From the NCBI GenBank assembly GCA_965222375.1, contig CBDCTZ010000016.1, forward strand, positions 2,560,001-2,624,000: a stretch of 64,000 nucleotides of DNA, in the 5' to 3' direction. Below the pieces are notes generated by a model. The model was not told the origin of the DNA. It ran no database searches and saw only the letters and a program-made list of their open reading frames with translations. The number at the start of each line of letters is the position of its first letter. Within the stretch, counting starts at the first letter, position 1. The position numbers were made by a program, and so were the translations under genes. Positions 13,332 through 22,447 of the stretch are shown in pieces. The stretch is from Polyangiaceae bacterium. Lineage in GTDB: Bacteria > Myxococcota_A > Polyangia > Polyangiales > Polyangiaceae.

Positions 13332-13347
13332 TGCAATCTTCATGCCC
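13332..13347 (-). promoter_or_regulatory. Putative sigma54 (-24/-12) promoter of the sigma70-family gene
   Basis: - strand GGGCATGAAGATTGCA: GG-N10-GC spacing, close to TGGCACG-N4-TTGCW, about 170 bp upstream of the ATG. Confidence 0.6.
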
Positions 13348-13420
13348 GGGGTTGGGCGGGATGACGTGCGCTTGAAACTCTTTCCGGGGGCTGGCGCTCG
13401 TCGTACAGGTAGTCGGGTTC

Positions 13421-15106
13421 ATGGGTTGGTGGAAAATTCAGTCCAATGCTCTGTCTACGTCTGAAAGGCCCCTAGAGATCCGCGGGACCTGGGATTTGGC
13501 TCGGCGTTCTTGGGGGCTTCTCCCTGGAAAAGCGGCACTCGGCCTGGGGATCGCTGTGTGTGCAGGGATCTATGGCGTGGCCCACGGCGCGGTTGCGCTT
13601 TGTGCGGGGTTTCTGGGCAAAGCGCTAGTTCAGCCGGGCGCGCCCACGTGGCTGGTGACGCTTCTATGGGTGGGGCTCGCCGCGACAGTCGTCAAGGCCG
13701 GCTCGGGCGTTTTGCTTGCATATTCAAAGGTTTATGCCGCCAGATCGACGGGCCAGGCGCTGCGTGAGCGCGTGGCGAAGGCCCTGCTAGCCGGCGGAGC
13801 GTCTCGCCCGGCCCAGAGGGCCGGCGCCACCCTCGCCGTGAGTGTAAGAGAATTCGAAAATTCGGTTGAAAACGGATTGCTGGGAGTGGTGCTGGCCCTG
13901 GCGCAACTCGTGCCGTTGGCTCTAGGCCTGATCTTCGTGTCAGCCCCCCTCGCAGTCGGCGGCATGGCAACGTTGTTGCTCTTCGCTGCAACTCTTTCTT
14001 ACGCGAGGCGTCATCTGCGGCGTGCGCACGAAGCAGCGCAGGCTTCGGCGCGGGATGTGCACGCGGGCGTCGACGAATTGGTATCGCACCTAGACCTACT
14101 CCGGACCTACGGTGCTGGGGGACGCGCCCTGGACATGCTTCGCGCTGCGGGAAGTAGCGCGATGCGCAGTGAGGCGCGCGCCGAGTCGATGCGCGCCGCG
14201 CTGTCTGGAAGCAACGAAGTCCTAGGTGCGCTTGGATTGGTAGCGTTGATAGTGCTGCTAGGTCGCAGTGGCGCTGTCATGACGGACGGAACCGTGATCG
14301 CGTTCGCAGCGGTCTTCTTCATGGCCTATCGACCACTGCGACAGCTGGGCGATGCGCGAAGTCATTGTGTGCGTGGAGCCGTTGCGCTGGCTGTGTTGGA
14401 TGACCTCGCCAAGCACCATAACGAAGGCCAGGCCGGGGAGCTGACCGCGCGATGGCGCCCGGATACGCTTCGGCTGGACGGTTTTGGTGTTGCGCGAGGC
14501 GGACCACGCGTGGACGTTGTCGCGCGGCGAGGGCAGTTGATCGGCCTGGCGGGCCCGACGGGCAGCGGCAAAACCACACTGCTTCGCGGGATCCTGGGCT
14601 TGGAACCGTCCCTGGGGCGGCTGATGATCGGTGGACGAGACTGCACCGCCGCCGGAGTCGGGCCCTCGCAGCGCCCATTGGCCTGGGTGCCGCAAGATGC
14701 TCCGCTGGTGACTGGGACCCTCGCTGAGAACGTCGCCCTCTTCGCAAGCGGAAGGGTGGATGTTGCGACTGTGCTCGAAGCACTCGGCGCACCGCACTTG
14801 CTGCGTCTCCAGCAAGAGCTCATCGGGCCTGGTGGACGCCCGCTGTCGGGAGGCGAGCGCCGACTCGTATCCCTCGCCCGTGCCGTTGCCAGCGGAAAGC
14901 ACATTCTGCTGCTTGACGAACCTACGGAAGGCCTCGATGCACAGAGTGAGCGAAGCGTGCATCGAGCACTTCGTGCGCTCAGCGTTGATCGCGCCGTGCT
15001 CATCGTTTCCCACCGTGCGCAGACGTTGGAGCTGTGCGACGAGGTGGTTCGTCTGGACGCTTCGGCTCTCAAGCCCGGCGCCGACACACCTGTTGCCGCC
15101 GAATGA
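13421..15106 (+). CDS. ABC exporter half-transporter (TMD plus ATPase)
   Basis: Six TM-like segments, GPTGSGKTT, LSGGERR and ILLLDEPT; start uncertain. Confidence 0.85.
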   Translation: MGWWKIQSNALSTSERPLEIRGTWDLARRSWGLLPGKAALGLGIAVCAGIYGVAHGAVALCAGFLGKALVQPGAPTWLVTLLWVGLAATVVKAGSGVLLAYSKVYAARSTGQALRERVAKALLAGGASRPAQRAGATLAVSVREFENSVENGLLGVVLALAQLVPLALGLIFVSAPLAVGGMATLLLFAATLSYARRHLRRAHEAAQASARDVHAGVDELVSHLDLLRTYGAGGRALDMLRAAGSSAMRSEARAESMRAALSGSNEVLGALGLVALIVLLGRSGAVMTDGTVIAFAAVFFMAYRPLRQLGDARSHCVRGAVALAVLDDLAKHHNEGQAGELTARWRPDTLRLDGFGVARGGPRVDVVARRGQLIGLAGPTGSGKTTLLRGILGLEPSLGRLMIGGRDCTAAGVGPSQRPLAWVPQDAPLVTGTLAENVALFASGRVDVATVLEALGAPHLLRLQQELIGPGGRPLSGGERRLVSLARAVASGKHILLLDEPTEGLDAQSERSVHRALRALSVDRAVLIVSHRAQTLELCDEVVRLDASALKPGADTPVAAE

Positions 15107-15244
15107 GTCAGAAAGCCGGCTTGGTGGCGCTGTGGACCCGGGGCGGTGCCCTTGGGCGGACCCGCAGGCATCGCCAACGGAGGGTAGCGGTGGCTGAAGA
15201 CGTCCGCCCCGCGAGGGCCGCGAGATCGAGTATCGTCCTCGGCA

Positions 15245-16018
15245 ATGCCGCGCCAACTCCGCTACCTGCTGCTCGCGACCTTGGCCCTTGCCTGTGAAGA
15301 AGAGGCGAAGAAGCCAGACCCCGCCCCGAAGCCCACCGCCGCTCCCTCGCTAACGGCTCTTGCCACGACCTCTGCCGCAAAGCCCAAGAAGCCGAAGCGC
15401 AAGCTCAAGACCAAGGACGATTGCGGCAAGACCCTGAGCTTCGACGACGAGAAGATCGAGGCAGCCTTTCGGTTGAAGCTGCAGAAGCCCGAAGGCGACA
15501 TCACGACTGCGGATCTGAAGCGACTGAAGTCGCTGAACTTGGCGCAGACCCAAACTCACCAGCTCGACCCCTGCGTCTTTCCCCACACCAAGAACCTGAA
15601 GGAGCTGTTCTTGGGACCGGGGGATGTCGATGATCTCTCCTTGCTTGCGGACTTGACCAAGCTCGAAACTCTGCGCGCCTCCATCAACAAGGTCAGTGAC
15701 GTCAAACCTCTTGCCGGGTTGACCAAGCTTGACCGACTAGATCTCGGTCGCACCCAGGTGCGTGACATCTCGCCTCTCGCTTCCCTCACGAACCTGACGG
15801 AGCTCGCGCTGGACGACACGCCTGTGAGCGACATCTCGCCTCTCGCCAAGCTCGAAAAGCTCGAGCGCCTCAGTCTGCAACGCACCCGGGTCAAAGACGT
15901 CAGCCCCCTGAAGGAGCTGAAGAACTTGAAGTTCCTCTACATTCAAGACGCCCCCGTGAATGACACGAGCGCCCTGGCTCCTTTGCGCGCCAAGGGCCTG
16001 AAGGTTTTCGAGATCTGA
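15245..16018 (+). CDS. Internalin-like leucine-rich-repeat lipoprotein
   Basis: Lipobox LALAC; 22-aa LRRs (DISPLAxLxxLxxLxL). Confidence 0.9.
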   Translation: MPRQLRYLLLATLALACEEEAKKPDPAPKPTAAPSLTALATTSAAKPKKPKRKLKTKDDCGKTLSFDDEKIEAAFRLKLQKPEGDITTADLKRLKSLNLAQTQTHQLDPCVFPHTKNLKELFLGPGDVDDLSLLADLTKLETLRASINKVSDVKPLAGLTKLDRLDLGRTQVRDISPLASLTNLTELALDDTPVSDISPLAKLEKLERLSLQRTRVKDVSPLKELKNLKFLYIQDAPVNDTSALAPLRAKGLKVFEI

Positions 16019-16028
16019 GGAACCCTCC

Positions 16029-17105
16029 TCAGAATTGGGCCAAGAACCTCGGATCGTTCTCGAAAAGGATGCGGATGTCCGGGATTTGATAGCGGAGCAT
16101 GGCCACCCGCTCCACGCCCATGCCGAAGGCGAACCCCGTGTAGCGCTCCGAATCGATTCCGCAGTGTTCGAAGACCTCCGGGTGAACCATCCCGCAACCC
16201 AGAATCTCCAACCAGCCCGTCCCCTTGCAGACGCGACAGCTCGCTCGGGAGCCGTCGTCGGGTTTGCAGAAGACACAACCGATGTCCACCTCTGCGCCGG
16301 GCTCGACGAAGGGGAAGTAGCTCGGTCGGAACCGCACGGGCGTGCCTTTGCCGTAGAGGCGCTCTGCAAACGCGGTCAGCACGCCCTTCAACTGCGCGAA
16401 GCTGACGTTCTCGTCCACCAGAAAGCCCTCTATCTGCGTGAACATCGGCGAGTGGGTGACATCGTCGTCCCGCCGGTAGACTGGGCCACCGCTCACGATC
16501 GCCATCGGCGGCTGATGGGTAGACATCTCACGCACCTGCACGTTGCTGGTATGAGTGCGCAGCAGGACGCGGGCACTCTCGTCGCCACCCTCGACCTTCG
16601 TCCAAAAGGTGTCCTGCATGTCCGTTGCAGGATGGTCCGGAGGGAAGGCCAGCTTTTCGAAGTTGTTGACCTCCAACTCGACCTCGGGCCCCCATGCAAC
16701 TTCGAAACCGAGGGACCGAAAGATGTCCAAGATCTCGTTCTTGACGCGGGTGAGGGGATGCATGTGCCCGCGCGGCGCAGGAACCCTACCCGGCAACGTC
16801 AGGTCGAAAGGCGGAGCCTCGAGATCGGCCTTGCGTTTTTCCGCCGCCAGCTCTCCGAGGCGCTGTTCGAAAGCCTCCTCTACCGCCGACTTGGTTCGAT
16901 TGACGAGCTCACCGATGGCTTTGCGCTTGTCGCCGGGTACTTCGCCCATGCGCTTCAACAAGGCTGTCAGCTGACCCTTCTTGCCGAGCACTTCGGCTTT
17001 GGCCTGGCGCAGGGCCGCCTCGTCGCTAGACCCGGCAAAGCTGTCCCGGAAGCGCTCACCGAAAGCGACCAGTCCTTGCTCAATTTCGGTTGCTGCGTCT
17101 GTCAC
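16029..17105 (-). CDS. pheS: Phenylalanyl-tRNA synthetase alpha subunit
   Basis: HPATDMQDTF, LLRTHTS, FRPSYFPFVEP and GFAFGMGVER; CxxC...CxxC insert; start reassigned to GTG 17105. Confidence 0.96.
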   Translation of the reverse strand: MTDAATEIEQGLVAFGERFRDSFAGSSDEAALRQAKAEVLGKKGQLTALLKRMGEVPGDKRKAIGELVNRTKSAVEEAFEQRLGELAAEKRKADLEAPPFDLTLPGRVPAPRGHMHPLTRVKNEILDIFRSLGFEVAWGPEVELEVNNFEKLAFPPDHPATDMQDTFWTKVEGGDESARVLLRTHTSNVQVREMSTHQPPMAIVSGGPVYRRDDDVTHSPMFTQIEGFLVDENVSFAQLKGVLTAFAERLYGKGTPVRFRPSYFPFVEPGAEVDIGCVFCKPDDGSRASCRVCKGTGWLEILGCGMVHPEVFEHCGIDSERYTGFAFGMGVERVAMLRYQIPDIRILFENDPRFLAQF

Positions 17106-17171
17106 GGCCTGCACCCTAGCGCGCACGGCGCACCTTGAAAATGCCCGCGCTGGGCGGCTCCACAAACGTGC

Positions 17172-17203
17172 AAAGGCCCGGCACAGCGAAAAGCGCCGGG
17201 CCT
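17172..17203 (-). terminator. Intrinsic terminator between rplT and pheS
   Basis: - strand AGGCCCGGC...GCCGGGCCT stem followed by T residues. Confidence 0.6.
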
Positions 17204-17221
17204 GTCTGCAGCTGTCGGCGT

Positions 17222-17575
17222 CTACTTTGCGGCTTGCGCTAGCGCCACCAGCTCTTTGAACGCCGCTTGGTCGTTCACGGCCATCTCCGCCAGAACCTTG
17301 CGGTCCAGTTCGATGCCGCTCTTCTTCAAAGCGCCCATCATGCGGGAGTAGGTCGTGCCGTTCATGCGGCAGGCCGCGTTGATGCGCGTGATCCACAGTC
17401 GACGGAAGTCACGCTTCTTCAGCTTGCGGCCGATGTAGGCGTACTGCCAGCTCTTCCAAAGAACGCGAATGGCCTGGCGGTAGCGGTTCTTGCGACCGCC
17501 CCAGTAGCCCTCAGTTTGATTCAGAACGCGTTTGTGGCGCGCATGCGAAGTCTTTCCACGTTTGACACGAGACAT
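17222..17575 (-). CDS. rplT: 50S ribosomal protein L20
   Basis: MSRVKRG...[14 protein letters not shown]...[10 protein letters not shown]. Confidence 0.98.
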   Translation of the reverse strand: MSRVKRGKTSHARHKRVLNQTEGYWGGRKNRYRQAIRVLWKSWQYAYIGRKLKKRDFRRLWITRINAACRMNGTTYSRMMGALKKSGIELDRKVLAEMAVNDQAAFKELVALAQAAK

Positions 17576-17591
17576 AGTGCTTCTCCGACCT

Positions 17592-17789
17592 TCATCCGTA
17601 GGGGAGCAGGATCTTCACGCGCTTCTCGAGCGCGGGATCGACCATGTCGTTGTCTCGCAAGCGACGCCGCCGCTTGCGGGACTTCCCGTTCATGTTGTGT
17701 TGCGCGCCACACTTGGGGCGGCGAACGCGGCCGGTGCCAGTCACTTTGAAACGCTTGGCCGCCGCGCGGTTTGTTTTCATCTTGGGCAT
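17592..17789 (-). CDS. rpmI: 50S ribosomal protein L35
   Basis: [20 protein letters not shown]...LLPYG; GGAG RBS before ATG 17789. Confidence 0.97.
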   Translation of the reverse strand: MPKMKTNRAAAKRFKVTGTGRVRRPKCGAQHNMNGKSRKRRRRLRDNDMVDPALEKRVKILLPYG

Positions 17790-17890
17790 GTTGGCTCCGT
17801 TTCTGGGGTGGGAAGCCGAGGCTTTCCGTTTTCCCGGCAGCACCCGTCGCGGTTCCTTTGGACCGGCGGGGCCGAGCAAGGGCCGGGGGC
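17790..17890 (-). promoter_or_regulatory. Structured 5' leader of rpmI-rplT, candidate L20 autoregulatory leader
   Basis: CCCGGC...GCCGGG enclosing stem plus GGAAAGCC/GGCTTCC hairpin before the RBS; function inferred from position. Confidence 0.4.
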
Positions 17891-17894
17891 GGGG

Positions 17895-17923
17895 TTTCTG
17901 GCAGATGGGGCCGGTTTCGTCAA
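17895..17923 (-). promoter_or_regulatory. Putative sigma70 promoter of rpmI-rplT
   Basis: TTGACG-17 bp-CAGAAA with TG extension. Confidence 0.45.
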
Positions 17924-17979
17924 GAATGGCCCTCGGCGCGTTCGCCTGCAGCTGCGGATTGCCCTGCTTTCCTGGGGTT

Positions 17980-18702
17980 TCAGACCCGAGCGCCGGCTTC
18001 GAAGTCGGATTCCTCGGCGGGGAAGGTGTGGTTGCCGAAATTGGCTGCAAGCACGAGGCGCCTGCCCAGGCCACCGCCCAAGCGGGCGCCGGCGCGCCGA
18101 AGGGCGTTTCGATAGGCCTCGGGAAACATCTGGATCAAACGCCGAGTGACGTACACGTCGAGAACCATGTGCGCGCGAGTCGTGTCGCCATCGTTCACGA
18201 CCCAATGGGGGCGCGCGAAGTCTCCGTACCAGAGTTGTCCAGGCTCCCAGTGTTGTTTGTCGCCATCAAAGATCACGAACACCTTCGGATTGGTCTCGAT
18301 TGGGATGTGCAATCGCGCCATAGGCGAAGCCAGAGACAAGTCCGGGTTGCGGTGCGCCTCGATCTTGCCGCCGGGCTCGAGGGATAGCAGCCGCACGCCT
18401 TTCATGGGCAGCGCCAACTCGGCGAGGATCCGCCGAAAGTACGGAGTACGCGATAGGAGGGGCGTGTCACGATAGCTAGCGAAAGGGGGCGCCCCGGCCG
18501 CCGCGGTCTCCGCCTCGCCGGAACAGGAGCGAAGGCTGACGCCCTTCCAACCACCATTGTGATACGGCCCCGGCTGCGCGGCCTGCTGTAGCCCTCTCGC
18601 TACTTCCAGATCCCGGCGCAGCGCAGCCACGTCGAAGTCGGCGAGCTTCACGGCGGGAGAAACACGCTCACGTTCCGAGTCGGGGCTCCTCGAGGCGCTC
18701 AC
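17980..18702 (-). CDS. Aspartyl/asparaginyl beta-hydroxylase-like 2OG-Fe(II) dioxygenase
   Basis: VRLLSLEPGGKIEAH, RLHIPIETN and PHWVVNDGDTTRAHMVLD; start uncertain. Confidence 0.85.
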   Translation of the reverse strand: MSASRSPDSERERVSPAVKLADFDVAALRRDLEVARGLQQAAQPGPYHNGGWKGVSLRSCSGEAETAAAGAPPFASYRDTPLLSRTPYFRRILAELALPMKGVRLLSLEPGGKIEAHRNPDLSLASPMARLHIPIETNPKVFVIFDGDKQHWEPGQLWYGDFARPHWVVNDGDTTRAHMVLDVYVTRRLIQMFPEAYRNALRRAGARLGGGLGRRLVLAANFGNHTFPAEESDFEAGARV

Positions 18703-18949
18703 GTCTCGACAATAGCGCAGAGCGGTCCTCGAGTTGACTTGGCTTTTTTGGGGTCGCTTCCCTGTTCGGCATTGAGCCCCTACTCACGACCCAGGCCCCA
18801 CAAATGCGCCAGCACACAGGAGCAGAGCCAGCCCCCGAGGCACAGCCGGGAGCAAGTCCCCCTGCAGGACGAGCTCCACCTCGCACCGTCGACGGCAATT
18901 TGGTGCGAACTAGGCGACCGGAACCTACGAGTGGGTTACCCAACCGCAT

Positions 18950-19110
18950 ATCGCCGCGGGGCAAATGGTGCTGGTCGCGCCCCAGGGCTCGAGCGCTTGC
19001 CTCGAGATGAGGCTCGACCCCTCGAGCGACGAACGGCCAACGCGCGAGCTCACCCGGACCGCGCACGTCTTGATATCGATCAATCGGTCCGGGCGGTTAT
19101 CGGATCCGTG
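18950..19110 (+). pseudogene. Possible degenerate C-terminal fragment of a GT4 glycosyltransferase
   Basis: GANG / VLVAPQG (frameshifted) then LERLPRDEA...ANARAH...LDIDQSVRAV resembles GT4 C-termini; weak. Confidence 0.3.
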
Positions 19111-19190
19111 GCGCGAGTCGCGACCGACGTCACTGAATCGTGCACTTGGTGCGGCGCATTCGATTTCGACACACGAGGTGACATAGATGG

Positions 19191-20093
19191 ATGGCGGCTG
19201 CGGCGTGCGGCCACTACGTAAGTGTGGCTGTCGCCTCCGATCTGCGCTGCGCGCTCACGCTGGACTTCGAGGACTGGTTCCACCTCGCCTATCTAGAACG
19301 CTCCGCTTGCGACGCACGGGTGACGGTCATCGACGAGCTTGCGCCGTTTGTGGAGCAGCTGCATCAGCGCGGCATCCGGTTCACGGCGTTTGTGGTCGGG
19401 GCCATTGCGGAACGCCACGCGAAGTTGCTCACTAATTGGGTGAAGCAGGGTCATGAAATCGGCGTGCACAGCTGGGACCACGAGCTACTCGATACCAAGG
19501 CGCAGCCCTGTTTCCTGGCCGAGCTGAGTCGCGCGCGCTCCGTGATCGAGGCGGTGTCCGGGGCCGCAGTCATTGGCTTTCGCGCACCTTGTTTTCGGCT
19601 GACCCACCACCAGCTACGCCTGCTGGCCGGTCTCGGGTTTCGCTACGATTCCAGCGTCGTTCGCTCCGGGCATCGAGCTCGGGGGTCGCCCTCACTGCGT
19701 GGCTTCCAGCAGGTCGCGTCGTTGGTGCACCAGCGGGGTGACTTCTACGAGCTCGAGTTACCGACGGTCCAGTTGTTCGGTGCTGGCGTGCCGATCGGTG
19801 GTGGTGGCCTGTTTCGGCTGCTTCCAGGAGCGGTGTCCAACTTCCTGTTCGGCCGCTACGTTGCGCGGGGAAACGACAACTTCGCCTTCGTCGTCCATCC
19901 GTACGAGCTGTGTGATCGGCCCGTCCCGCTGCCTCGGTCCACTTCCAGATTGTCGCGCTTTCGATTCGCCGCCGGGCGCCGCGGCAACGTGAAGAAGGTG
20001 CTTCGATTCGTCGATGCGTGCCTGGCACGGGGGTGCCGCTTCCTCACCTGCCGGGAGCTGATCGAAGAAGCCGCCCGAACGAGGCTCTTGTGA
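19191..20093 (+). CDS. Polysaccharide deacetylase family protein (DUF3473 type)
   Basis: LTLDFEDWFH, HEIGVHSWDH, GFRAPCF, YDSS, GGGGLFRL and HPYE. Confidence 0.88.
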   Translation: MAAAACGHYVSVAVASDLRCALTLDFEDWFHLAYLERSACDARVTVIDELAPFVEQLHQRGIRFTAFVVGAIAERHAKLLTNWVKQGHEIGVHSWDHELLDTKAQPCFLAELSRARSVIEAVSGAAVIGFRAPCFRLTHHQLRLLAGLGFRYDSSVVRSGHRARGSPSLRGFQQVASLVHQRGDFYELELPTVQLFGAGVPIGGGGLFRLLPGAVSNFLFGRYVARGNDNFAFVVHPYELCDRPVPLPRSTSRLSRFRFAAGRRGNVKKVLRFVDACLARGCRFLTCRELIEEAARTRLL

Positions 20094-20611
20094 TGACAGG
20101 GGCCGCAGGAACACTCCTCGTAACCGGAGCCAGCGGTTTCATCGGAGGCAAGCTCGTGCGTGTCGCAGCCGAGAACGGTTGGGTTGTCGATCCGATCGCT
20201 CGTCACGTAGTGGCGGGTGCAACCGCGCAGTCGAGTTCTCTGCGCTGGCATCGCGCGGACTGCAACGCGGATGCGGGGTGGAAGGCTCGCTGCGCTGTCG
20301 CGGACGTCATCGTTCATTGCGCGCCGACACCGGCAATGTGGCTCGCCCGCGGCGTGGCGGATCGAGCGGCTCGCCGAGTTACGCGAGGTATCTCTCGATG
20401 CCGGCTGAGCGGGTTCACCGAACCCGCCCTGCCGGCGGGACGGACACCAAGGAGTCGATGCGCGCTGTCCGCCCTCGAACTCACGGCCCGCGGGTGCAGT
20501 GCCAGCCCCCGGCTGGCGCGAGCACCGCAAGCGAGGCCCCCACACCGAACACACACGCACCCGCCACAGTCTGCGCCTCCGCGGTCTAGTTCGAGATTAG
20601 TGGCCCAGTGA
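20093..20611 (+). pseudogene. Truncated NAD-dependent epimerase/dehydratase
   Basis: ATG coupled to the upstream TGA; LVTGASGFIG and DVIVHCA present, then similarity is lost with no YxxxK. Confidence 0.7.
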
Positions 20612-20702
20612 CGGGCAGCGATGCGACCCCTAAAAACCAAACTTCCCTGCCGCCGTCGACCGGGGTTCGCCTCGCGCCCGACTCAGCGCTATCGTGTAGT
20701 CG

Positions 20703-21059
20703 ATGGCGAGTATCGTCATGCTGTTGATGGGAGGGGAGAGCCAGCGCGGCGCGGAAGTGGCTGCGCTGCGTCAGGTGGGGCACGACGTGCTCGTGGTCGA
20801 GCCGCGCTTTCCCGAGTGCAAGAAGCAGCTCGAGGCGACGCGGCCCCAGCTCGTGATCGTCGACGGCACGTCTGCGCCCTCCCACGGGCGTGCCACGGCC
20901 ACTTGGCTCGCGTCCTTGTCTCGCTTGCGGGTCGTCCCCTTCTTGTTCCTGGACGTTCCCGACAAGGACGTAGCCCGCGTAACGAAAGAGCTACCGCGGG
21001 CTCAGTTCGGAACCTGGGCGGGCGCGGCCGGCGCGAGTGAGCGCTTGGTTCAACGCTAG
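20703..21059 (+). CDS. Stand-alone atypical receiver-like domain protein
   Basis: CheY-like pattern (RPQLVIVD...VPFLFL) lacking the beta1 acidic pair and the conserved Lys. Confidence 0.65.
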   Translation: MASIVMLLMGGESQRGAEVAALRQVGHDVLVVEPRFPECKKQLEATRPQLVIVDGTSAPSHGRATATWLASLSRLRVVPFLFLDVPDKDVARVTKELPRAQFGTWAGAAGASERLVQR

Positions 21060-22444
21060 TCCGGGTAGCAGACCCGATAGCGCTCCCACTGCACGACGTC
21101 TATGTTGCCCGCGGGCTCGATCCAGGCGACCGAGACCACGTTTTCATTGGCGACGGCAACCTCTGGCCAGTTGGGGCCGCTAGCTTGGCCGCCCAGGGAA
21201 GTGTTTGCGATCTCGCGGAGCTCGAGCTCTAGGGAAGCCCCACCGTCAGCATCGACGAGCAGCTCCCGAAGCCGCACCGACAGCGTGGCGCTCCTCGCCG
21301 CGGAGTCGATGGCTGGAAGGGCAGCAAACTGATAGCCTGAGGAGGGCTTTGCGTTGCGCTGAAAGAACGCCAACGTGCCATTTCTCGTGCCGACCCGCGT
21401 CGGTGGCGAGTTCACGCAGTCCGGCGCGGGGTTGATGCAAGAGCCTGTGTCGGAGCACTGCACGATCGATGATTCGAGCGTGGGCCCGTTGGTCGCGTTG
21501 CGCGTCCACACCGCCAGCCAGGCATCATTGAACTCCAGAAACGCGCTGCTCAAACTGCTCGGGGTGCCCGTGGTGTTGCACTGCGTGATCTGAACCGGGG
21601 CTGGGGAACCCTGCAGCTGTCCAAAAAGCCCGTCCGCCGAATGCCACAGTACACCGGGGAGGATGCCGCCCGAAAGCGGTGTTACCAGCAGCGGAGGAGG
21701 TACGGGGACAAACGGGGCGACGGGAGAGGCCGGAAGTGGTTGGTTGTCACTGCCATCGTGGAGCAAGATGGTTTTCGCGGTCGTGATCCAGCTGCCCCAG
21801 ATTGTGTCGTCTTTGCCGCGCCAAGCTACGGGGGCGCGAGTCGTGACGCTTGGGTCGTAGCTTGGGACCGTTTCGGCTTGGCGAGAGCGCAGGAGCAGCG
21901 TCAGGTTCTCGTCCATCTCCAAATGAAAGACCGCCGGTGGGGTTCCCGCCGCCACGTAGGCGTGCACTCTGGGGGCCAAGCCCGCTCCTGCGACCAGAGC
22001 CGCCGCGCTCGCCGGTTGGCTGAGGTCGACGATGGTCTGAGTGGAAAGCAAAGGGCCCTCGGCGTAGTCGCCGCCTTCCGCGTCCCAATAGTGCAACCGC
22101 ACGTCCCGGGCGCTCTTGTCAGGAGTTTCGTAGAATACGGACAGGTAGAAACGGGCGCCGGTTGCCGTCATGGACAGCCGAAACGCTCGACCGATGTCCT
22201 GGGTCAGTGTCTTGCGTTCGCCGATCCGAGCGAGCGTGCGCGCCAGGGATTCGCAGGTGTTCGTTTGGGTGTTGCAACGGTCTTCGGTGCAGGGATCGCC
22301 ATCGTTGCATTCCCCGTCACTGGTGCACGAAATCGCACCATCGGCACCGTCGCCCTCCGTCAGTTCGTCGAAATCCAGGATCAGCGCGCACGAAACCGCC
22401 GCGCAAGCTGCGAGAGCTACGGCAGTCCCCGCGAGAAGGCGCAT
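21056..22444 (-). CDS. Lipoprotein with a short Cys-rich repeat and a beta-rich C-terminal domain
   Basis: Lipobox AVSC; CNDGDPCTEDRC; 3 bp downstream of the TPR gene. Confidence 0.8.
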   Translation of the reverse strand: MRLLAGTAVALAACAAVSCALILDFDELTEGDGADGAISCTSDGECNDGDPCTEDRCNTQTNTCESLARTLARIGERKTLTQDIGRAFRLSMTATGARFYLSVFYETPDKSARDVRLHYWDAEGGDYAEGPLLSTQTIVDLSQPASAAALVAGAGLAPRVHAYVAAGTPPAVFHLEMDENLTLLLRSRQAETVPSYDPSVTTRAPVAWRGKDDTIWGSWITTAKTILLHDGSDNQPLPASPVAPFVPVPPPLLVTPLSGGILPGVLWHSADGLFGQLQGSPAPVQITQCNTTGTPSSLSSAFLEFNDAWLAVWTRNATNGPTLESSIVQCSDTGSCINPAPDCVNSPPTRVGTRNGTLAFFQRNAKPSSGYQFAALPAIDSAARSATLSVRLRELLVDADGGASLELELREIANTSLGGQASGPNWPEVAVANENVVSVAWIEPAGNIDVVQWERYRVCYPD

Positions 22445-22447
22445 GGC

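Noticed and set aside
17980..18702. AspH-like enzyme as modifier of the window's EGF-like Cys-rich lipoproteins
   Set aside because: No signal peptide and no genetic linkage; analogy to eukaryotic AspH only
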